Below are positions 10,101 to 21,982 of a stretch of DNA of 64,000 nt, piece after piece (the first letter of the stretch is position 1; each line of letters begins with the position of its first letter). Source of the DNA: Zygnema circumcarinatum SAG 698-1b (Eukaryota > Plantae > Zygnematophyceae); assembly GCA_037447605.1 (NCBI GenBank), contig CM074804.1, forward strand, positions 1,426,001-1,490,000. The letters are read 5' to 3'. The notes beneath the pieces were generated by a model. It saw only the letters and a program-made list of their open reading frames with translations. It had not been told where the DNA came from and did not search any database. Both the position numbers and the translations under genes were made by a program.

Positions 10101-13100
10101 CATGGGGCATGGTGGGCATGGGGGGCATGGGGGCATGGGGGCATGTGAGGGTTGAGTGAATATAGTATAGCCCGCGCCACTCGTATGAACTCAAGAAACT
10201 GAAAGCAATGGACGCTAGAACAGCTGAGAAGACTTTCAAACCCTAGAAATTGCGGAACAGCAATGAAACCATAAGTATTCTGAACCCTAAGGTTTCTCAG
10301 AAGGGAGGACGGGCAGCTGAACCCTTTGTATCCCTTCAGGCGAGTGGAGGACGTTTGGCAAAATCGGAGAGAGGAGCTCGAGGAGGCCGGCCAGGACGCC
10401 CTCCGCCAGCTCACCTCCGCCACACGTGTGAGCGCCTCCGCTGATAGGCTCCGACATGGTCTCGCTGGCGGAGCAATTCAAAAGTGTGCAGAACAGGTGA
10501 ACCCTAAATGTTAATTTCAGCCTTAAACCCTAATTCTCTCATTTCTAGGGTGTATCCGCACATAGGGCACGTATTGCTCGAGCGTTCCTCATGAGGATGA
10601 GTTCGACCATCTTCTTCATCATGTAGTTTCTTCATGCTGAAACTGCGCCGGTTTCCATGTGCTTTTTTTCAGTTGACCGACCGTTACGACGCCAAGCTTG
10701 GGGGATTCGGAGGGGCCCCAAAATTTCCGCGGCCTTCAGAAATCAATCTCTTATTGAGGCATTCTAAGAGGCTGCAAGAGGAGGGAGGGGCCAAGGAGAG
10801 AGAGGCCCAAAAGGTTTTGGAAATGTCTCTGTTCACACTGACCGCTATGGCTCGCGGAGGAATCCATGACCATGTGGGCGGAGGGTTCCATCGATATTCT
10901 GTGGACGAGTATTGGCATGGTAAGGAAAAGGAAGGGGAGGTGGGCTGAAAAGAGCATAAAAGAGAAAACAAAAGAGGAGAGGGAAATAGGAATATTGTGA
11001 TGGGGGGCCAAACGAAAATAAAAGAGAAAACGAAAGGAGAGTTGAAAACTTGGAAAAATGAGCCATTGTAAGGATGGTGGGGAGGAGGGAGGCGGGAGAG
11101 GAAGTGAAAGGAGAGAAGGGAAAAGTCGAAATGGGCATTGTGAGGAACCCTAAAAGTTTGAATAGGAGAAGGGTAGGGAGGGGGGGTGCTTCATGTGTGC
11201 TTTTTGAGCTTGTAGGGTTTGCATATTGATGTAGAAATTTAGGGCTAAAGATGAAGACCCTCAAGCTCCAACAAATGTCCTACTAACTTAAAAACTTTAA
11301 ATTTTAAAACATGTAAAAACCCTAAAACCCTAAACCCCTAATCTGCCTGCCCTGCAGTCCCCCACTTCGAGAAGATGCTCTACGACCAGGCACAGCTGGC
11401 CAACACTTTCCTCAGCGCCTTTGCGATATCGCGCGTATCGCGATATGCGCGATATGCGCGCGATATCCTGGACTACCTGCGGCGTGACGTGACGCACCCT
11501 GAGGGAGGCGTGTTCTCCGCAGAGGACGCCGACAGCTTCGAAGAGGACGGGGACGCGCGGAAGAAGGAGGGGGCGTTCTATGTGTGGGCCAAAACGGAGG
11601 TCCGTAAAGCGTAACGGAAAGTTTTGGCATGGAGATGCACGGGGTCTTGGATCTCTCTCTCTCTCTCTCGCTCTCTCTCTCCCTCTCTCTCTCTCTCTCG
11701 CTCTCTCGCACTCTTTCTCTCCCTCTCTCTTTCTCCCGCTCCCTCTCGCATTTTCTCTCTCTCCCCCTCTCTCTCTCGCACTCTCTCTCGCGCCCTCTCT
11801 CTCCCCCCTCTCTCTCTCTCTGGCGCTCTGTCTCTCTCTCTCTCTCGCTCTCTCCCCCTCTCTCTGATGTTGAATCTGAAGAGATGGATGGATACTGCTC
11901 GAACTTCTCGAGGCCCGAGTGATTTGCGGGAGGGTCAAAAAATCTAAAAACGTGGCAGAAAAATCTGAAGGTTAGTAGACTTTAAGATGATGTAATAAGT
12001 GGAAACTCTGAGAACTACAATGTTCAAAAAGAAAAAAAAAAATGCACTTGGTTTCAAACTTATTCTTTGTACTTTTTTCATTTTCTGTCTCTCCTCTCTC
12101 CTCCCCCCCCAAAACAAATTAGATAGAAGAGATTCTCGGCCCCGAACGAGCGGAAATTTTCTGCTTCCATTACCATGTGAGGGAGGGCGGAAATTGCACC
12201 CTCTCAGTAATGAGCGATCCGCACGGCGAATTTCGCGGAAAAAATGTTCTGATCGAGAGGCAGTCGGATGAAGAAACTGCGGAAAAATTTGGAAAATCGA
12301 CGGAAGAAATTTCGGAACTGTTGGCGGATTGCCGAAAATTGCTCCACACGGAACGCGAGAAGAGGCCGCATCCTCATCTTGATGATAAGGTGGGGGGGAC
12401 ATTGGAACCCTAATCAGGTTACTTGAGAGTTTAGGGTTTAGGGTTTAGGGTTTAAGGATGTGGGTTAGGACCGGCAGGGTTTAAGGTGTGCGGAGGTTTT
12501 TTTAGGGGTCTGTGGAATAGGGTCAGACTTCCAAGGAAATATACTCTCTCTCTCCCTCTCTTGTTCTCCTCTCTCTCTCTCTCTCGCTCTCTCTTTCTCT
12601 CTCTCTCTCTCACACACACACAAGCCGTTAGTTAATGTATGGTTGGGGACGTTCAGGATACTTTAGGGTTATTAGAGTTTTAGGGTTTACTCGACCCCTC
12701 CCCCTTTTCTATTTTGTTTAATTTCGTTTGTTGTATTTATTTTTGCGCTGCGAAGGTGATCGTGGCGTGGAACGGCCTCGCCATATCGGCGTTTGCGCAG
12801 GCCTCGCGAATCCTCAAATCTGAGCCGTCCGATCTGCCGCACCACTTTCCAGTGGACGGCTGCGATGTGAGTCGGGGGGGACTCGGCAGTGGGAGGGAGC
12901 AACTTCTGCTTTTCCTTCTTATGTGGGAAAAAGCAGATAGCAAAAAACCCGAATTTCGTTGTAGATAGTATGAAAAGAAGCCATAGTGGAATTACCAACT
13001 TTTCAAAGCCTTCAACCCTAATTCTGATCCTTGCAACTCTAAAACCCTAAAACCTTAAAACCCTCAGTTTTAAACCCCTAAACCCTAAGGCCCTAATACC

Positions 13101-15090
13101 TCAAAACTCTAAACCCTACGATCCTAAACCCTGAAACCTTAAAACCCTTAACCCAAACTCATAAACACTAAATTCTGATCTCTGAAGTCCTTCATCTCTA
13201 AAACCCCTTAACCCTAAATCTCTAAACTTCTACCCCCCTAAAACCCTGACACCCTAAAGTCCTAAAACCTTACCATTGCCCCCCATCTCACACCTCGCCC
13301 GCCTCCCTCCCTCCCCTCTCCGTCCCTCTCCCTCCTTCTCCCTCCCCTCTCCGCCACTCTCCCTCCCACTCCCTCCCTCCCTCGCCCTCCCCTCCCTCCC
13401 TCTCTCTACCCTCACTCCCCTCTCCCTCCCTCTCCCTACCCCCTCCCTCCCTCTCCCTACCATCTCCCTCCCTCTCCCTCTCTCCCCCTCCCCTCTCCCC
13501 CTCCTCTCCCTCTCTCCCGCAGCCTGCGGAATATCTGGAAGCGGCCACCCGGGCGGCCTCCTTCATCCGCGACAAGCTGTGTGACCCGACGACTTTCCGC
13601 CTGAAGCGAAGCTTCCGGGAAGGTCCCTCGGCAGCTTCCGGGTTCATCGACGACTACGCGTTCCTGATCGCGGGCCTGCTCGACCTGTACGAGGCGGGGG
13701 GCCACGTGGCGTGGCTGGATTGGGCGCTAAAGCTGCAGGGGGTGCAGGTGGAAGGCCTTAAACCCTAAGCCCTAAAACTGAAACCCTAAACTAAACTGGA
13801 ACCCTAAACTGAAGCCCTGAAGCTTAACTGAAACCCTAAAACTGAACTGAAACTCTAAACACTGAAACCGCAGGACGAGCTGTTCCTGGACGCGGACGGC
13901 GGCGGGTATTGGAGCGCGGCGGCGGACGACCCCTCCATTCTCCTCCGCACGAAGGAGGACTACGACGGAGCGGAGCCCTCAGGGAACTCCGTTTCCGTTG
14001 CGAACCTCGTGCGCCTCGCGGCCGCCGTGGGGGGCGAACAGGGCGAGGCCTTCCGTAGAACTGCGGAGAAGACCGCGGTGAGCATGGAACAGGCTCAACA
14101 ATAGCATTAATAGCGCATTAATAGTACGACGATGAGAAGAAGAATAATGATGAAAAGGTAGAGGTTATGTTTTCCTGTTCTCTCTGGCTTCCCTTTTCAT
14201 TTTCTCTCCCTTCCCCCCTCCCCCCCTTTTTTTTTTTTTGATTATTTTTTTGGGGGATTTGGGGCAGATGGTGTTCGAGGAGCGGCTGGCGAAGATGCCG
14301 ATGGCGCTCCCGCAGATGTGCGCCTCGCTGGACCTTCTGGAAGCGCCAGCTCAGCGCCACGTCATCGTCGCCGGCCGCAAGGGCGCACAGGACACGGAGG
14401 CGCTCGTGGACGCCGCGCTCGCTCCGTTCGAGCCGCGCCGCGTGGCAAGCGCCCGCCCTGAACCCTCATCAAAACCGCGAGCCTTGCAAATCTAAAATCC
14501 CTTCAACCCTAAATCCTGAACCTCGTTAACCTTAAACCCTGCAAGAGGTTTAAATCATCCTGTGTCCTAATTTCTAAAGGTCCTTAACCCTGAACCTGAA
14601 ACCTTGAAAGCCCTGCAACACGGAAGCTTAAACCTTAAAGGTCTAAACATTAGTCCTAAACCCTAGAGCTAAGACCCTGTCAAGCCTAAACCCTAAAGAC
14701 TCTACATCTTGACCCTAAAATCCCATTAAGCCCAACCTCTACTCCCTAAACCCTAAACCGTAAACCCCAAGCTGAAACTGCAAACTGCAACTGAAACTGT
14801 AAATTGCAACTGAAACTGCTTGTTTTGCTGGTTCTCCATGTGCGCAGTTGTTCCAAGTGGACAGCGAAAACGAGGCGGACCGGCACTTTTGGGAGCGCTA
14901 CAACCCGGCCGTGCTACAGATGGCGCGGACGGGCCCCCAAGGGGCGGCGCTCGGCTACGTCTGCCAAGACTTCGCCTGCCAAGCGCCCACGGCGGACCCC
15001 GCAAAGATCGAGGAGCTGCTCCGTAAAGCGTTCAACCAGACGCCGACAGTGACGGCCTTCGATGTCAGTTCGATCCTCTCCTCCTCGTAG
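7189..15090 (+). CDS. SPATA20: SPATA20/YyaL-like thioredoxin + alpha/alpha-barrel protein (13 exons; exon 4 frameshifted as assembled)
   Basis: [142 protein letters not shown]. The start (7189 vs 7483) is uncertain. Confidence 0.93.
8415..9625. repeat. ~1.2-kb (CCCCT)n-like polypyrimidine tract in SPATA20 intron 3
   Basis: Almost pure C/T; it generates the spurious Pro- and Gly-rich ORFs in the track. Confidence 0.95.
9785..10145. repeat. (GGGGCAT)n microsatellite in SPATA20 intron 4
   Basis: GGGGCAT/GGGGGCAT units in tandem. Confidence 0.95.
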
Positions 15091-15861
15091 GGAGCGGGGA
15101 CGTGTACAGGCAGGCGGGCGGATGGCGCCGGAATTTTTAGGGTTTAGGGTTTTAGGGTGAGGGTGTAGGGATAGGGTTTAGGGTTTTGAAGTCGGTTGGA
15201 TCTCAGTGGACGGGATCGGCGGATTGTAAAAAAGATGCGCTTAGTGTGGGGACTGCCAATAAGACGGGAGCTGCGATGAAGCCCTAAAGGGTAAAGGGCG
15301 ATGCGCGATCCTTGAATCCTAGAAACTTTTTTGAAATCTTTTGGAACTTTTTAGGGTTTTGAGAGTTTGGGAAAGGGTTCAGGGCTGTGGCGGTGCGCTG
15401 TTGAAATTTGGAGGATGCGTGGTGGAACCACATGTGGGAAATCTGTGCACAGGGCCGTTGCGGATATTGCGTCTCCATGCCCCCGTGCTCCATGCAGCAC
15501 ACAGTCCGGCGGTCGTTTCCATCGCCCCGCGGGGCATTCCAGCACGTCACTCGATGATTCAGATCGAAAAGCGGAACTGCGACCCTACTGAACCGGATAT
15601 TCCACGCTATTCAGCACTGCCGTAGTCGCATAGAAACAGTTCTACGCTCATGCTCGTGCTTGCAAGTCTCACGCTGGACCATTGGATCGGCAACCGTTAG
15701 ACAATCATTGCAGAGCAATGGTTGGACGATCCAATGGTTAGGAACCATTGGCAATGGTTGGCTGGCTGACGACCCAATGGTTGGCAACCTCGGTTTGCGC
15801 ACTCATGGTTGGTCCAATGGTCCTCCCTGCAACAACGGTCCGACCTAAGCACTTCTCGCCA

Positions 15862-16038
15862 GATTGGCCACGTCAGCCAGACCTATTCTACGTGGCGGAG
15901 GGTGATTGGCCACGTTAGCCAGCTCTTTTTTTCTACGCGACGGACGGTGATTGGCCACATTATCCAACACTATCCTACGTGGTGGATGCTGATTGGCTGC
16001 TTCAGCCAACTCTAGCATACGTGGCGGGTGGTGATTGG
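15862..16038. promoter_or_regulatory. ~43-nt degenerate tandem array containing three exact ERSE-I motifs (CCAAT-N9-CCACG, minus strand)
   Basis: GATTGG at 15862, 15904, 15949, 15991 and 16033. CGTGG-N9-ATTGG exactly at 15891-15909, 15978-15996 and 16020-16038. CCACGTCA (UPRE-like TGACGTGG) at 15868-15875. Confidence 0.7.
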
Positions 16039-16556
16039 ATGACGACTGGTAATTGTCACGTCAGCCGGAGACCGTTGACATCCAAAGATTTCCAAAACGG
16101 AGAACTCGCAGCTGGTGCTGACAAAAAGGAGCTTGCAAGGACTTTCGTACGGTATGTCCGTACACTTCTGCAACGTGGCGTGTCGACATTGCGCCACGTA
16201 GGACCGTCGGCTCCCTATTCGCGTTTCCAGAATCTCTCCCGGCCAATCAGATGCGAGCAGTCTGCCGCGTGGTAGCTCCTGAGAGAAGACCCCGTCATCA
16301 TCGGCTGCGCTGATCCGACGGCCCACATTTGTACAGCTGGCAGTCTCCAGCACGTGAACCGTCGATTGATCGCCACGTGTCACCGAGACGGCCGGGTCCC
16401 AAAACCGGCCGACGGTCGCCATTGGAGGCGACAGGTGGCGATGGGGAGAGGGGTTTTGGAGGGAGCCGAGGGTTTTGGATGGGGCCGAAGGGTTTTGGAG
16501 GGCGCCGGTGAGGGCTTGAGGAAGGGTGCAGGGAGGGGGGGGAAGGTGGAGGGAAG

Positions 16557-16634
16557 ATGAGGCAGAGGGGCAGGGAGAGCAATATGCGCAGCAGGTCGTT
16601 TTCCAGGACAAGGTTCGCCATTGAAGGAGTGTAG
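16557..16634 (+). CDS. Conserved-peptide uORF of PEAMT (25 aa, MRQRGRESNMRSRSFSRTRFAIEGV)
   Basis: ATG at 16557, TAG at 16632-16634, 107 nt upstream of the PEAMT ATG. It matches the recalled land-plant PEAMT CPuORF consensus (..RGR..N.RSRSFSRSR.A.EG). It is below the length cut-off of the ORF track. Confidence 0.88.
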   Translation: MRQRGRESNMRSRSFSRTRFAIEGV

Positions 16635-16741
16635 TGAAAGGAAGGGGGGGGAAATTGGACAGTTTTCTTTATTGAGAGGATTCAGAATTAGGACCGAAAA
16701 GGAAGAGGAAAGGAAGGAGAAGGGATAAGCTGCTCTGAGCA

Positions 16742-19700
16742 ATGGCGCCGCCTCTCAATGAAGGTTTGGAAGACTGGATGCTGGCCTCGCTGTGAACTTT
16801 TTCGTATGAACTTTTGGCTTCTTGACGTGGAATTTGGATGAGAAAATTGGAATTCAGTGCTTTCATGGAATTTTGATGGCTTATGAACAGGCAATTTGGA
16901 TCGCAGAGCGTCCGAATTGCAACTGAATTTCCATTGTTGATGAAGGAATTTTGATTCTCGAGCTGAATTGCAAATGCTGGAACTCAATTGCAAACGCTGA
17001 TGTCTTAATTATTATCAATTGCTTAAGTCGAAATGAAAAAATGTTGATGCAAATTGATATTTTGCTGGAATTGTCAATTGAAACTTTAATTGAAGTTCAA
17101 ATCGTTATTGCAATTGAATTTGGAAATGTACCATTGGAACTGGCATTGTTGGAACAAATCTTGATGGCAATCTGAAGGCAGTTGATGATCTGGAATTTAA
17201 ATATTACATTTTGAATTTTAATCTTAGTTCGATTCTTGATATTGCTCTTTGACTTACTATTTCTGAAGTGGGAATCTGGATATGCAATCTGAATCGTATT
17301 TTTCAGAGAAAATCTTAGTTGAAGATTCTGTTTTCACTTCCTAGGTGGCAGTCCCAGTACTAAATCCAGGTCCATCATTCCTCAGCACTCATTCTGGCTG
17401 AATTCCAAGAAAGCTTCTAGTCAGATTTCCCTGTTCAGACACAAATGAATTTGCATAAATTCACAGAAAATCTAAGCACCTTCTTCGAGAGGTGTCTGCC
17501 AATAAGTTCCTGCAGAACATCACAGACTGAACGAAACTCTATTCCTCGATTTTTTTTGGTTTTGAGGCGTATCCAACTTTAGACCTTGCAAGGAGACTTC
17601 CTGAGCTGATTTTCGATCTTCAGATACTCAATTTCTTGAATCCTTCAACTTTCTTGACTTTCTTGACTCTCTTGACACCTTTGAATTTCTTGACTCTCCT
17701 GACTCTCACGAATTCCTTCTTGTATTGACTTCCTTGACTTGTGTGGACTTCCTTTTCCTTGCCTTTACTTGTCCGGAGTGAGGTTGCAGCGGAGCGCGAG
17801 GCGCAGGCCGCCTATTGGAGGGAGCAGAGCGCGGCGGCCGGCGCCAGCGTGGAGGCAATGATGCTGGACAGCCTGGCGGCCGCGCTAGACGCCAAGGAGC
17901 GCCCCGAGGTCAGCGAGCTTGCGGCCTTTTCTGAGTTGACTTTCAGTTAGCAAGAAAACAGTATCGTGATATCTCCCCCGAAACTGTCATTTTTAGTGTT
18001 ATGCAGTCTCCTGGTCTGGGCAGATTTTGAAGATGCTCCCTCCTGTGGCCGGCAAGACTGTGGTGGAGTTCGGCAGCGGAATCGGCCGTTTTACAGGCGA
18101 TCTGGCAGCCGAGGCGTTGCATGTGACGGCCGTTGACTTCATGGAACACCTTGTTGCCAAGGTGGGCTGCTGTTCTTCAAACCTTATCTTGATTCCTCTA
18201 TTTTACTTTACTTTAGCTTGTTTTTCTTGAAATAGTGATTTTTGCCATTTTTAATGTTTGGTAAAGCAATATGAGAAGGGCAGGTGTCCTAACTTTGTAC
18301 GCCTTTACATTTTCTATATAAGTATTGCTATATTCCCACTGCACAACTTTCTTAGTCTTCGTCTTCAGCTTTAAAAAAGTCTTCGACGATTGACACCAGG
18401 ATGACATCTGCAGAATGCAGAGAAGAACGGAAAAAGGAGCAATGTGACGCTACTATGTGCGGATGTGACGGCGCCAACAGTTCAGTTTGAACAGGAGTCC
18501 ATTGACCTCCTCTTCTCCAATTGGCTGTTCATGTACCTTTCAAATGACGAGGTCGAACCCACTATTCATCCATACTCCTGCGTCTCTCTCATCTCTTTGC
18601 TTATCTGCTCGCCCTCGCGATTCGTCCTCCTCCTTTTGCTCTTTTTATTTCTTTCGCTCTGCCTCTTCCTAGTTTCCCTCTCCTGACCGCACTACATACC
18701 GTTCCGCTCTCTTCACTCTTTCCCTCTCCTTTCCTTCTCTCCCCTCTCTCCTCCCCCCTCCCCCCTTTCCCCTCCGCCCTCCGCCCTCCGCCCTCCCCCT
18801 CCCCTCCGCCCTCCGCCCTCTGCCCTCCCCCTCCCCCTCCCCCTCTCCCTCCCCCTCCCCCTCCCCCTCCCCCTCCCCCTCCCCCTCCCCCTCCCCCTCC
18901 CCCTCCCCCTCCCCCTCCCCCTCCCCCTCCCCCTCCCCCCCTCCCCCTCCCCCTCCCCCTCCCCCTCCCCCCCTCCCTTTTTCCTGTACACATCTCTTTA
19001 ATATGGAACCTTCGGAAGCTTTAACTAATTCAAGGGGCAAGAATACACAACTTCAATCATGATATTTTCTTTCCCTGAAAGAACTCTGATTTTTCTCAAA
19101 GATGCGAATGTCTTTTTTATCCAGGTGGAAATATTGGGCCGAAAAGTTCTGGGCTGGCTTAAGCCGGGCGGAAGCCTTTTCTTCCGCGAATCGTGTTTCC
19201 ACCAATCAGGGGACAGCAAACGGAAGTCGAACCCAACGCACTACAGGGAACCTCTGTTCTACACGCAGGTGAGAGGCTCGTCACGGGCGAAAAAAAATTG
19301 ATTTCAGATTTTTTTCTGAAACTTCCTTCTTTTTTTTTTCTTACAAGGAACGGATATTTTAAGAAAGCGATATCTGTATTTTGTTACTTCTTTCTTCGAA
19401 TCTTGATTTTTTTTGTTCGGTTTTATGTTTTCGATGTTGTGAAGGCCTTCAAGAAGCTGCGGTTGAAGGATGACAATGGGGACACGTGGCAGCTCAGCCT
19501 CCAAAAGTTTTGTTGTGTCCCCGCATATGTTCGCCTGAAGCGGTCTCAAAACCAGGCACGAAAATCGAAGGAGAAAGAAGAGAAAATAATATAAAATGAT
19601 TGACAGCTTATTAACCAGTCCCTTTTCCTGTTTCCTTTCCTCGTTCTGATGATTCGTCACCTTTTTTATTTTTTATTTTTTTCCCCGGACAGTCTCAAAT

Positions 19701-21982
19701 ATTTTTCTTTTTTCTCACCTGACCGCTGCAGGTCTGTTGGCTCTGGCAAAAAATCCGTCTCGAGGACTCGCCTGAGGGCTCTGCCACCCTCGACGAGGGC
19801 CAATATTCAGTTAAAGGAATTTTGAAATACGAGCGAATTTTTGGAGCCGGATTTGTTAGCACAGGGGGCATTGGTCAGCTAACTCGCCTCGCCCACAACC
19901 TTAAAACAAAACTAAAAAACAATATGTATGAAAATAGAAAAAAAAAAATAAGAAACCGAAGGAAAGCATGAACATAAACATTAACACACGCAACTTGAAA
20001 AAGATGGGAAAACGTAACAGTAAATATGACTGATGCTATTGTGATTGGGCGGCGGCTTCAGACACTACCCGCGAGTTAGTCGCACAACTTGACTTAAAAC
20101 CGGGCGAGCGCGTTCTGGACATTGGCAGCGGCTTGGGGGGGTCGGCCCTGTACATGGCGCAGCATGACGGGGCTGACGTCACAGGCATCGACCTGTCCGT
20201 TAATATGGTAGGGACGGACTCCATGTGGGCCCCATTCCGTTTATAGTTACATTTTTATCCTGTGGGCTTACTACTATACCTTCTTCACGTGTCGATGTGC
20301 TTATTATATGGGCACTTGATTTCGAGTCTCTTTGTAGGGTGCAACCCTGTCTTATAATTCAGCACATCGTTGGAGTAAGGCTTCTAGGGAACTTGAAAAA
20401 GATGTCTATGGTGGCACCTGGAAGGTGGACGAAACATTTGCAGATCTAGACTCGCTTTTTATGCTGCGAAATTCTTCAGATATCGCTGGCAATCGAGCGA
20501 GCTATTGGCAGCCAGTGCCACGTGGAGTATGAATTGGCGGACTGTACAAAGAAGGAGTACCCCGAAGGCACCTTCGATGTCGTGTATAGTCGAGACACAA
20601 TTCTTCACATCCATGTATGTGCTGCCATTCCCGTGCTTCGTTCTATGTTAGCTTTCAGCTACAGTTTCCGTTCCATTTCCAGTTGCAGTTCCTTCTTTTT
20701 ACTTTTTTTCTTTTCTATTCATTTCATACTCTCCCTCTTTCCTTCCCCCCCAACCCTCCCCTTTCCTTTCGATTACTTTTTTTGCAATGCAGGACAAACT
20801 CGCCCTGTTCCGAAGAATTCTGAAATGGTTGAAACCGCGCGGGCGACTGCTCATCACCGACTACTGCTGCGGTGACATCACTCGAGCCTCACCCGAGTTT
20901 AGGGCTTACGTCACCCAGAGGGGTTACGACCTGCATCAAGTGGCCGACTATGGACGGGTATGGTGCACCTGTCAAGCTCAGCATGACGTCATTACTCTTT
21001 TGACTACAGTATCTCAAACAATGGCTTCACGTCTGTTCCTTCGTTTCACAAGCGAGGGGACTGCAAAAACTGGTAGTTGTCGGAGCATGCATGGGCATGC
21101 ATGGCATGATGGATGGATGGCCTGTGCATGCATGGCTTGCTCTGCAGATGTTGGAGAAAGCTGGGTTCGAGGAGGTCAAAGCTGAAGACACGACCAATCA
21201 GGTGGGAGGACGAGCCCTTTCGTTGGAACCTAACGAGTAACTGAGTCTTTATCAATTCTTGCTTTTTGGATTTGAATAAGGCCATTTTGGGTATTGAAAA
21301 ACGACGCAGCCGCTAAGTTCTCGGTCCATTTTCAGCATAGAGAACTGGACCGCCGAAATGGCACATCTTTGCTACAAATGTACAGCAGAAACTCCTTTGA
21401 GAGCCAAAGCATGTGTAAAGGAGGGAGTAAAGAGGAGAGCGTTCCTCACAGTCATAAGGGACCGACAAGAGTGAAGTTGAATTTTATTCAACCAGAAGGA
21501 AAGCTGCCCTGAAAGCCCCAGATGGAAAAATGTTTTCGAGTCTTGCTTGGTTGGTTTGGCTCAGTTTGTGGCCATTCTTGAGAACGAGCTCCGTCGAACG
21601 GAGGAGGAGAAGGACACCTTCATTGCCGAGTTCTCACAGGTCAGTTCTAAAAAAGTAAAAACCCTAAAATGCCTAAAGCACCACCTTAACTTCAAATAGA
21701 GGAGCAACGTCTTATGGGGCTGCTGGTTTCACGTGGACATCGGCGCCTATAACTTGGGAGAGGCTAACGTACGAGGGGTTGACCTAACTGAATTAATTTA
21801 AAGAGGAATTCAGGGATCTTATTAAACTGTATTTTCATCCTCTCTAGCCTCTGTTTGTTTCCTGCGCAATGTGGGCGCAGGCGGGCTATGAGGACATAGT
21901 GAGCGGATGGAAGGCCAAGCTGGCGAGGTGCGCCCAGGGAGAGCAGAAGTGGGGTCTTTTTACCGCCCGCAAACCAGCATGA
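16742..21982 (+). CDS. PEAMT: Phosphoethanolamine N-methyltransferase, bipartite plant type (13 exons)
   Basis: MAPPLNE (16742-16763) spliced to 17790 gives [22 protein letters not shown]. Further motifs: [113 protein letters not shown]. Confidence 0.97.

Noticed and set aside
8387-10423. Long Pro-rich, Gly-rich and (MGHGAWG)n ORFs resembling extensins or glycine-rich proteins
   Set aside because: They are stop-free translations of the (CCCCT)n and (GGGGCAT)n tracts inside SPATA20 introns and are open in most frames.
11330-11947. RE/LS-repeat ORFs (also at 4873, 27168-27641, 37115-37579, 39190, 45086, 49441 and 59314)
   Set aside because: Products of (CT)n/(GA)n intronic microsatellites, or antisense to real exons.
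16860-17340. AT-rich block in PEAMT intron 1 with short ORFs
   Set aside because: No recognisable domain or terminal repeats, and stops in all frames.
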